DNA of 64,000 nucleotides from Alphaproteobacteria bacterium (GTDB lineage Bacteria; Pseudomonadota; Alphaproteobacteria; SP197): NCBI GenBank assembly GCA_964291415.2, contig OZ219917.1, positions 256,001 to 320,000 of the forward strand, read 5' to 3'. Shown piece by piece: positions 56,513 to 64,000 of this stretch (position 1 is its first letter; each line of letters starts with the position of its first letter). The notes under the pieces were generated by a model. It saw only the letters and a program-made list of their open reading frames with translations, ran no database searches and was not told where the DNA came from. The position numbers and the translations under genes were made by a program.

Positions 56513-57384
56513 GCTGTCGCTATGCATTCGGTGGCGACGAGCATCTGTTCGTCGAAGTCGATGAGGCCATGTCACTCGAGGCATTCTTCGTGTCTCTTGC
56601 CATCACCAACACCCTGCGCGAGGCCGCGATCGAGGGCGTCACCGAGATCTGTCCCGCCAACGCGTCCTTCCAGGTCAAGTTTGACCCTGACCGGATCCAT
56701 CCCTCGCGGCTGCTCGGCATGGTGAAGGAGATCGAGAGCGACGCCGCCGGCGCCGACTCGCAGCTCGACACCAGAATCATCGAGATCCCGGTCTACTACC
56801 AGGATCCCTGGACCCACGAGACCCTGATGCGCTTTCGCGAACGGCACCAGGACCCCGACAGCACCGATATCGAGTATGCCGCCAGGATCAACGGCTACCA
56901 CGATGTCGCCGCCTTCATCGAAGCCCATTCCGGCGCGCCCTGGTTCGTCTCGATGGTGGGTTTCGTGTCGGGTCTTCCATTCCTCTACCAGATGGTCGAC
57001 CGGCCCCGGCAGATCCAGGTGCCGAAGTACCTTCGCCCCCGCACGGATACGCCGAAACTGACCGTCGGCTACGGCGGCTGCTTTTCCTGCATCTATTCGG
57101 TCCGTGGCGCCGGCGGCTACCAGATGTTCGGCATCACGCCGATGCCGATCTACGACCCGGAGCAGCAGGTCAGCCACCTCAGGGACTTCATGGTCTTCTT
57201 CCGCCCGGGCGACATCGTCACATGGGCTCCCATCGACCGCGCCGGATACGACGCGACGGTCGAGGCCGTCGCCGAAGGGACGTTCGAGCCGCGCGTGCGC
57301 GGCGTGACCTTCAATCTTGACGAGTTCAACGCCGATATCGACGGCACCAATGCCAGACTCATGGAGGCGCTCCATGGCGATTGA
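56509..57384 (+). CDS. PxpB/allophanate hydrolase subunit 1-like carboxyltransferase domain protein
   Basis: FGGDEHLFVE, IPVYYQDP, MVGFVSG, GAGGYQMFG; ATGA overlap. Confidence 0.87.
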   Translation: MSCRYAFGGDEHLFVEVDEAMSLEAFFVSLAITNTLREAAIEGVTEICPANASFQVKFDPDRIHPSRLLGMVKEIESDAAGADSQLDTRIIEIPVYYQDPWTHETLMRFRERHQDPDSTDIEYAARINGYHDVAAFIEAHSGAPWFVSMVGFVSGLPFLYQMVDRPRQIQVPKYLRPRTDTPKLTVGYGGCFSCIYSVRGAGGYQMFGITPMPIYDPEQQVSHLRDFMVFFRPGDIVTWAPIDRAGYDATVEAVAEGTFEPRVRGVTFNLDEFNADIDGTNARLMEALHGD

Positions 57385-58348
57385 AGTCCTCTCCCCGGGA
57401 ATCCTCACGACCATCCAGGACCTGGGCCGTCCCGGCTTCTATCATCTGGGGATTCCGATGGGCGGAGCGATGGATCGCCTGGCCCTCAGGGCCGCCAATC
57501 TCCTGGTCGGCAATGCCGAAGGCGCGGCCGGACTCGAAACGGTCTTCATGGGACCGGACCTGGAGTTCACCGAGGATGCCACCGTCGCCGTCTGCGGCGC
57601 CGAGCTGCCACCCACGGTCAACGGAGCCGAACGGCCCACCTGGACGGCTTTCGACGTGAGGGCCGGGGACGTGCTTGGTTTCGACTATCTGCGGTCCGGC
57701 GCGCGCGCCTACATTGCCATCTCCGGCGGCATCGAGACGCCGCCGGCGCTGGGAAGCCGGTCGACCTATGCCATCGGCGCCCTCGGCGGTCTCGAGGGCC
57801 GGGCTCTGGCGGCCGGCGATACGCTTCCCGTCGGCACCACGAAGGCGGACGGGCGGGCCGGCAGGTCCGTTCCACAGGCGCTGCGTCGCGGAGCGGGGCC
57901 GGCGCCGGAGCTGCGCATGCTGCCGGGGCTCTACTGGCATCGCGTCACGCAGGCTTCGCAGGACGCGTTCTTCGAGGATACCTGGAAGGTCGCCAACGAG
58001 GCCGACCGCATGGGCTACCGCTTCCAGGGAGGCCGGACGATGGAGTTCGTCGAACGCGAACAGCCCTTCGGCGCGGGCTCGGACCCCTCGAACATCACCG
58101 ACGCCTGCTACCCCTATGGATCCGTCCAGGTGCCGAGCGGCGCCGAACCCATCGTCCTCCACCGCGATGCGGTGTCGGGCGGAGGGTACTTCATGATCGG
58201 CACCGTCATCTCGGCGGACATGGACCTTGTCGGACAGCTGCAGCCCAACACGACCATGCGGTTCGTGCGCACCGACATGGAGTCCGCACTGGCCGCCCGG
58301 GCCGAGCGTTCCGCCATCCTGGCCGCGCTGCGCCAGGCGGTAGCCTGA
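57374..58348 (+). CDS. PxpC/allophanate hydrolase subunit 2-like biotin-dependent carboxyltransferase domain protein
   Basis: TTIQDLGRPG, GGAMD, ANLLVGN, GSRST, DRMGYR, SGGGY. Confidence 0.88.
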   Translation: MAIEVLSPGILTTIQDLGRPGFYHLGIPMGGAMDRLALRAANLLVGNAEGAAGLETVFMGPDLEFTEDATVAVCGAELPPTVNGAERPTWTAFDVRAGDVLGFDYLRSGARAYIAISGGIETPPALGSRSTYAIGALGGLEGRALAAGDTLPVGTTKADGRAGRSVPQALRRGAGPAPELRMLPGLYWHRVTQASQDAFFEDTWKVANEADRMGYRFQGGRTMEFVEREQPFGAGSDPSNITDACYPYGSVQVPSGAEPIVLHRDAVSGGGYFMIGTVISADMDLVGQLQPNTTMRFVRTDMESALAARAERSAILAALRQAVA

Positions 58349-58372
58349 CGAGGGCGTCGCGCGAACGGGGGA

Positions 58373-59521
58373 TCAGGTCCCGGCCAGCGTACGGCCGAGA
58401 TAGGCGTAGAACTGTGCGAGAGTCTTCTCGAAAGGCGAGAGCGGACCCCGGGGCGCCTTGCGGCTTCTCATGGTGCGCGCGAGTTCGGTCGTCGCCAGGG
58501 CGTCCTCGGCGTTGACCTTCTCGATGAGTTCGGCGCGCGCCCGCATGGTTTCGGGATCGCTCGACACCAGGTCATTCCAGACGAGGTAGCCGCCCAGCAC
58601 ACGGGTCCGGTCCGGGCCGTCGGGGCGGAAGGAGAGCCAGTTGTTGGAGCCGGCACGCATCGCCATGGTGAAGGCGGGAAAGACATAGACGAGATAGCCG
58701 GTCTCCCGTTCCTCGCGCGTCAGGCTCGCCAGGTCGCCTCGCGGATTGAGCGGGTGATCGGATGCACCCAGAAACTCCTCGCCGATCCTGCAGCGTTCGT
58801 GCGTGAAGGTGTGATCGACCTCAGGGTGCTCGGGAAAGTAGGTCCCCTTAGCCGGCATCTGCACGCCTACGGTGCCGGCATGCAGGCCAACGTGATGGTA
58901 GTACTCCATGGAATTCTCGGCCGAGAGTTTCCAGTTTCCGTCCCACGTGGTCTCGTAGTGGAAGACCTCGGTCTGATCCTCGATGCGGTAGTTGGCCGTC
59001 GCCCGTCCCATGGGCGCCATGGTGACCTCGAGGGGATCGGCATCGTCGTCAAGGTTGACGAACAGGAACCCCCGCCAGCTCTCCAGGCGGTATTCGGGAA
59101 GACGGCATCGGGCCCTCTCGAAGACCGTGCTTCCTTCCATGTGCGGCGCGCCGATCAGGCGGCCGTCGGTGCCGTAGGTCCAGGAGTGGTAGGGACAGAC
59201 GAAGCGGCTGGCATGGCCCTTGCCCGTCACCACCGGCATGGCCCGGTGGCGGCACGCCGTGTTGAGCGCGCGAAGAACGCCGTCCGTGCCCCTGACGATC
59301 ACCACCGGCTCGCCCATGACATCGATGGTGTAGTAGTCCCCCGGCCGCGGCGCGTATTCCTCGCGGCCGACGCACAGCCACGAGCGCTCGAAGATGGTGG
59401 CGACCTCGAGAGCCGAAAGGTCCTCCGAGAGATAGGCATCGGGAGGCAGCGACACGCACGAGTTCTCCGGCACACCGACATAGCGCGCAAGTTCGTCAAG
59501 CAGCTCGTCGAGACTCGTCAT
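58373..59521 (-). CDS. Rieske non-heme iron oxygenase alpha subunit (choline monooxygenase/betaine demethylase-like)
   Basis: CRHR...CPYHSWTY Rieske motif, NWKLSAENSMEYYH..LH mononuclear iron site, NAED. Confidence 0.9.
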   Translation of the reverse strand: MTSLDELLDELARYVGVPENSCVSLPPDAYLSEDLSALEVATIFERSWLCVGREEYAPRPGDYYTIDVMGEPVVIVRGTDGVLRALNTACRHRAMPVVTGKGHASRFVCPYHSWTYGTDGRLIGAPHMEGSTVFERARCRLPEYRLESWRGFLFVNLDDDADPLEVTMAPMGRATANYRIEDQTEVFHYETTWDGNWKLSAENSMEYYHHVGLHAGTVGVQMPAKGTYFPEHPEVDHTFTHERCRIGEEFLGASDHPLNPRGDLASLTREERETGYLVYVFPAFTMAMRAGSNNWLSFRPDGPDRTRVLGGYLVWNDLVSSDPETMRARAELIEKVNAEDALATTELARTMRSRKAPRGPLSPFEKTLAQFYAYLGRTLAGT

Positions 59522-60010
59522 GGGCGTTCCTTTCCCCGCCGGCATCGTCGCCAAACACCCCGGATGAGGCAAGACCCGTGTCGGTTCGTGACATCAAGCT
59601 CACCGGCACGCGCCAGGCATGACGGAGTTCGTCCTTGAGACGTGCGGTGGCTGTGACGACCTGTCCTGGCGGGATCCTTCATGTTACCGCGACGCAGGAA
59701 CGTCTTGGTGCAGGCCCGGCGGCGCTCATGGACCCGTGCCCATCTTTCCGGTGAGGACGGGGAGGTTCGAACGCGCCCCGCCTTCAGAGAGGGAACTCTG
59801 TCGTCGACTTGATCTCCTCCATGGATAGCAGGGAGGTAATTTTGAAAATCTTCACCTGGGATTCGCACCCACCGGGACAACGCGCCTTTTCGCAGCAGGC
59901 GCACCGAGAAGAGGTGCCTGGCCTCGGCTGCGTCCACAGTCTGGATCGGCGAGGTGTGCGATCGCGAAACGGATCGCCGCGCCGTTCCTGCACATCGCGC
60001 CCCTCGGCGA

Positions 60011-61261
60011 TCACGCAGGAACGTGCGCCCGGGCTTGAAACGCGGCGCGGCGCCGGCGGTTGCGCCGGCGTTTCGTCTGTCCCGGAAAGCCGCCGCCGGA
60101 CCGTGGCTTCCCCGGAACCCCTTCGCCAATCGCGACAGGTCGTTCGCCGATCACGGTCAGTTGGCGTCGGATCAGACGCTCGATATCGCGCAGATAGCCG
60201 CGTTCGGCCCGATCGCAGAATGACAATGCGATGCCGTCGGCGCCGGCTCGAGCAGTGCGGCCGATGCGGTGGACGTAACTTTCCGGTTCGTTGGGAAGTT
60301 CGAAGTTGATGACATGGGTGATGCCATCAACATCGATACCCCGGGCGGCGATATCGGTTGCGACCAGAACACGCGCTTCGCCGGCGCGGAACCGTTTGAG
60401 CGCCCGCTGGCGAGCGCCTTGCGACTTGTTGCCGTGGATCGCGGCGGCGGCAATCCCGCATTTGGCGAGCTTCTCGGCAACATGGTTGGCGCGGTGCTTG
60501 GTGCGGGCGAAGACGAGCACCCGGGACAACGCCGGGTCGTCGAGGACGGCCGCGAGCAACGCCGCCTTGTTCGCGGCATCGACATGATAAATGCGCTGGT
60601 CGATGCGCTCGACGGGCGTCGCCTGGGGCGTGACCTCGACGCGAACAGGATCGACCAGGATCTCAGCCGCGAGGCGGGCCACGTCGTCCGGCATCGTCGC
60701 CGAAAACAGCAGCGACTGGCGCTGTGCGGGCAGGGCGGCAACGATTTTGCGAACATCCCGGACGAAGCCCATGTCAAGCATCCGGTCGGCCTCGTCGAGC
60801 ACAAGGAACTCAACGGCGTCGAGCCGGAGCCGTCCCTGGCCCATGAGATCGAGCAAGCGGCCGGGGGTTGCAACGAGGACGTCGATACCGCGCGAGATGG
60901 CGGCGACCTGCGGTCCCTGACTGACTCCGCCATAGACCACGGCATGGCGAACCCGAAGATGCCGACCGTAGGCACGGAACTCCTCGCCGATCTGGATGGC
61001 GAGTTCGCGGGTTGGCGCGAGGATCAGGGCGCGGGGCGCGCGCAGGTTGTGGCCGGCTTGCGAAAGCTGCTGGAGGATCGGCAGTGCAAACGCCGCGGTC
61101 TTGCCGGTGCCGGTCTGGGCGATGCCCAGCATGTCGTTCCCGGCGAGAAGTCGGGGAATGGCCTGCGCCTGGATCGGCGTCGGGACGGTGTGGTTTCTGG
61201 AGTTCAAGCCACGCCGGATCGGCTCGGCCAGGCCGAGCTGCGAAAAGTTGCGAACGGTCAA
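60011..61261 (-). CDS. DEAD-box RNA helicase (RhlE-like)
   Basis: Q motif, AQTGTGKT, PTRELA, DEADRMLDMGF, SAT, HRIGRTAR; TTG start after AAAGGGA. Confidence 0.95.
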   Translation of the reverse strand: MTVRNFSQLGLAEPIRRGLNSRNHTVPTPIQAQAIPRLLAGNDMLGIAQTGTGKTAAFALPILQQLSQAGHNLRAPRALILAPTRELAIQIGEEFRAYGRHLRVRHAVVYGGVSQGPQVAAISRGIDVLVATPGRLLDLMGQGRLRLDAVEFLVLDEADRMLDMGFVRDVRKIVAALPAQRQSLLFSATMPDDVARLAAEILVDPVRVEVTPQATPVERIDQRIYHVDAANKAALLAAVLDDPALSRVLVFARTKHRANHVAEKLAKCGIAAAAIHGNKSQGARQRALKRFRAGEARVLVATDIAARGIDVDGITHVINFELPNEPESYVHRIGRTARAGADGIALSFCDRAERGYLRDIERLIRRQLTVIGERPVAIGEGVPGKPRSGGGFPGQTKRRRNRRRRAAFQARAHVPA

Positions 61262-61811
61262 AGATGTTTCCCTTTTTGCGCCCGCCACCGCTCCGGCCAA
61301 GTCGGCGCGGTCGATCGAAACGCTTGGCCGGCCCCGGGCGCGACCGGAACTGGATATTCCACGAATACTGTTCTCGGGAGGTGCGCCGACCTGTGCGGCG
61401 CTTCGCGCAATCGCGAGACAACAGACAATGTAGGGACGTCACATGAGCCTGGCGACCCGCGATGTCAAGCGAATCCACGCAACCTCGTACACGCCCGCGA
61501 CCGCCCCCACAGGCCGCCCACAACGTCCGGCAGCAGGAGCAGTCCTGGGACAATTCACAAGGATGCGAACTCATCCTGCAGTACGTCGAAACGGTTGTCC
61601 GTCCCGACTCCTGCTCTCGATACGCGCGCATCGAACGACATTTCGGACATGCCCACGTGCTGGTACCTGTTGTCTCTCACCGGGATCCCGATCAAGGACG
61701 ACACCGCGACACCTCATCGCATCCAATAGACCCGTCACTTGCGGGGACGCTGTGGGGCTTCGGGTACGGGAAGACGGCGGCGGGCCGGGAACGGATGAGG
61801 CAGGTGATGAC

Positions 61812-62020
61812 ATGACGAAGCTGAAGGGCCTGACGGCGCGTTTCATGGAGGATCCCGGTTTCTCGAGAACCAAGTGCGCATCGAGGCGCTGGTGCGCGCG
61901 CCTGTGGTGGCAATGCTGACGCAGGCCGTGATCGCGCGGCTGGGCGGTAGCCGGGTGTCGTCAGTGTTTGCGACCCTTCGCCGGTACGCCGAAGCAACGG
62001 GGACGAAGCGCCACAGCTCC
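61812..62020 (+). pseudogene. Decayed XRE/HigA-like HTH antitoxin
   Basis: MTKLKGLTARFMEDPGF, then in a shifted frame IEALVRA..LTQAVIARLGGSRVSSVFATLRRYAEATG. This reads as an HTH antitoxin with internal deletions. Confidence 0.6.
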
Positions 62021-62160
62021 TCGGTCGCCGTGAGCTTGCAGAAATCGCACACCAGCGACGGAAGACGCGCACTGTCGAGCAGGCGCCACAGCGGTCCGGT
62101 CCGTCCAGGCTTCTTCACCGTCGTCGCGTCGAACGCCCTGACCTGAAATCGTTCTGCCAT
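62021..62160 (-). mobile_element. Probable IS4-family transposase fragment
   Basis: FQVRAFDATTVKKPGRTGPLWRLLDSARLPSLVCDFCKLTATE resembles the first-Asp region of DDE_Tnp_1 transposases (from recall). No terminal repeats seen. Confidence 0.45.
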
Positions 62161-62252
62161 GTCGGCGACAGCAGCCCTGGTCAGGGTCTCGCATGGAAAC
62201 CTGGCGCTGTGGTATTGTTCTTGGAAACCGACATCAGCGAACGGAGGCCACC

Positions 62253-63836
62253 ATGAGCGTGGGGTGGGTGAAGGCCGTTTCATGCGATGACCTGGCAGAG
62301 AAGGGGCGCACGGTCTTTCGCCTCGACAATCGCCAGATCGCCATCTTCGACACGAAGAAAGGAATCTTCGCCTGCAACAACCGCTGTCCGCACGAGGGGT
62401 ACCCGTTGCGCGAGGGCACGCTCGACGAGGACTGCAAGCTGACGTGCAACTGGCACAACTGGAAGTTCGACCTGGTGACCGGAGAGAACCAGCGCGACGG
62501 CGACAGGCTGCGCACCTATCCGGTCGAGTTGCGCGACGGAGAGGTCTGGATCGAGATCGTCGATCCTCCCCTCGAGGAACAGGTCGCCGGCGCCCTTGAA
62601 GGCCTGAAGAAGGGCTTCGACGATCACGCCTACGAACAGATGAGCCGTGAAATCGCCCGTATCATGCGCATGGGCGGCGATCCCCTCATCGCCGTGGTGA
62701 AGGCGATTGAGTGGTCCCACGACCGGCTCGAGTTCGGCTGGACCCACGCTTTTGCCGGGGCCGCCGACTGGCTGGCGCTCCACGACCGCCATGAGGACAA
62801 CCCGGAGAACCGCCTGATCTGCCTCCTCGAGGCGGTGGGCCACATGTCGGACGACACGCTGCGCGAGTCGACCTATCCCTTTGCCGAGGGTGTCATGGAC
62901 TGGGACGAGGAGGCGTTCGTTGCCGCCGTCGAGAGGGAAGACGAGGACCAGGCGATCCGCCTCACCCGGGGAGCGCTTGCCGCCGGCAACGCCCACCTGA
63001 CCATGGAACGGGGCCTCGCCCGGGCGGCCCTGGCGCACTATGCCGACTTCGGTCATTCGGCCATCTACGTCTCGAAGGTCTCCAGCCTCGTCGAACGCCT
63101 CGGCAACGACGTTGCCGAGCCCTTGCTGCTGTCGCTCGTCCGCAGTCTCGTGTCGTCCTTCCGCGAGGATCTCATTCCCGAGTTCCGCGCCTACGGACCC
63201 GCTCTCGAGTCATTCGGCGCAAAGCCGAACGGCTCCGTGCCGGCTGCGGCGGACTATGCGACGCTCAGCGCCCGAAAGGCTGTCGAGTTCACGGCCCGCC
63301 ACGGACAGGCGGCGCCTCTCGAACTCTACCGCAGCCTGCTTGGCGCCAACGCGATGAACATGCTGTCGTTCAATCTGGCCCATCTCGATGACATCGATCA
63401 GCCCTATGGCAGCGATTTCGGCTGGCTCGATCTCACCCACGGCCTCACCTTCGCGGAAGCCGTGCTGCGGCTGTGCTCGCGCCACGAAGACCTGTGGCCG
63501 GCGGGTCTCTTGCAGATGGCCTGCTTCGCCGGCCGGAACATCGGTCATCAGAACCCGGACGTGGATCTCGAGGACTGGAGGGTTGCGGATCGCGCCGGCT
63601 TCTTTGGCGACGTCGAGGCAAAACTCCTCGACCACGGCCAGGACGAGTACATCGTTTCGGTCCATCTCCTCAAGACGGCCGAAGCCGTGCGCTGTCTCGC
63701 ATCGTCCAGGGAAACGGGTCACGCGGGCGAGGTGGCGCTCGCCGCCCTCAACCGCCTGCTTCACTCACCGGTGCGGCGCAAGATGGTCCGCCGCACGGCG
63801 CGCCAGGCCATGCGGTTCGTCGCCACCGACGTGTAG
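62253..63836 (+). CDS. Rieske [2Fe-2S] ferredoxin domain fused to a large uncharacterised helical domain
   Basis: CPHEG..CNWHNW Rieske motif in the first ~100 aa. The remaining ~420 aa carry repeated His motifs (GWTHA, DFGHSAIY, DLTHGLTFAEA, SVHLLK). GGAGG RBS. Confidence 0.85.
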   Translation: MSVGWVKAVSCDDLAEKGRTVFRLDNRQIAIFDTKKGIFACNNRCPHEGYPLREGTLDEDCKLTCNWHNWKFDLVTGENQRDGDRLRTYPVELRDGEVWIEIVDPPLEEQVAGALEGLKKGFDDHAYEQMSREIARIMRMGGDPLIAVVKAIEWSHDRLEFGWTHAFAGAADWLALHDRHEDNPENRLICLLEAVGHMSDDTLRESTYPFAEGVMDWDEEAFVAAVEREDEDQAIRLTRGALAAGNAHLTMERGLARAALAHYADFGHSAIYVSKVSSLVERLGNDVAEPLLLSLVRSLVSSFREDLIPEFRAYGPALESFGAKPNGSVPAAADYATLSARKAVEFTARHGQAAPLELYRSLLGANAMNMLSFNLAHLDDIDQPYGSDFGWLDLTHGLTFAEAVLRLCSRHEDLWPAGLLQMACFAGRNIGHQNPDVDLEDWRVADRAGFFGDVEAKLLDHGQDEYIVSVHLLKTAEAVRCLASSRETGHAGEVALAALNRLLHSPVRRKMVRRTARQAMRFVATDV

Positions 63837-64000
63837 CGCCTCTGGCGTCAGGGCATCGAAGAGACCGGAGAGACGCCGCGTCCGGTTGGCGAGCGCTACC
63901 CTGATCTCGTCCTCGCTGCCGTGGACGGTGACCGTGCGGCGCGCCCTCGTGACGGCCGTGTAGAGAAGTTCACGGGTGAGGATCGGTGACTCCTCCCCGC
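63765..64000 (-). CDS. recD: RecD-like helicase (exodeoxyribonuclease V alpha) C-terminus; 5'-partial
   Basis: Hand translation GEESPILTRELLYTAVTRARRTVTVHG...RTRRLSGL. Stop codon at 63765-63767, overlapping the convergent Rieske gene. Confidence 0.8.
   Translation of the reverse strand, partial: GEESPILTRELLYTAVTRARRTVTVHGSEDEIRVALANRTRRLSGLFDALTPEALHVGGDEPHGLARRAADHLAPHR

Overview
GC-rich bacterial window with an alphaproteobacterial-type gene set (ccmABCDE, ctaA, StcD-like oxidoreductase), dominated by catabolic and transport genes. Core genes are tRNA-Ala(CGC), recQ, an rhlE-like DEAD-box helicase, ccmABCDE-ctaA and the 3' end of recD. The most striking feature is a divergent pair at 37.7-41.1 kb: a GPP34/GOLPH3-domain-cytochrome P450 fusion with a non-canonical I-helix, head-to-head with an ERG6/SMT-type sterol C24-methyltransferase. 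This is a candidate bacterial sterol side-chain modification module, and no sterol ring-synthesis genes are present in the window. A ~14.5 kb creatinine/creatine catabolic island (21.7-36.2 kb) is bracketed by a duplicated 3' end of an acyl-CoA synthetase gene. There is also a TorT-like ABC transporter/PxpABC/biotin carboxylase operon, an EF-hand/cytochrome b561/two-component module, three toxin-antitoxin loci with decayed toxins, and several short gene scraps in intergenic spaces. All calls come from motif recognition by eye with no database searches, and start codons were adjusted from the ORF track using RBS and overlap evidence.
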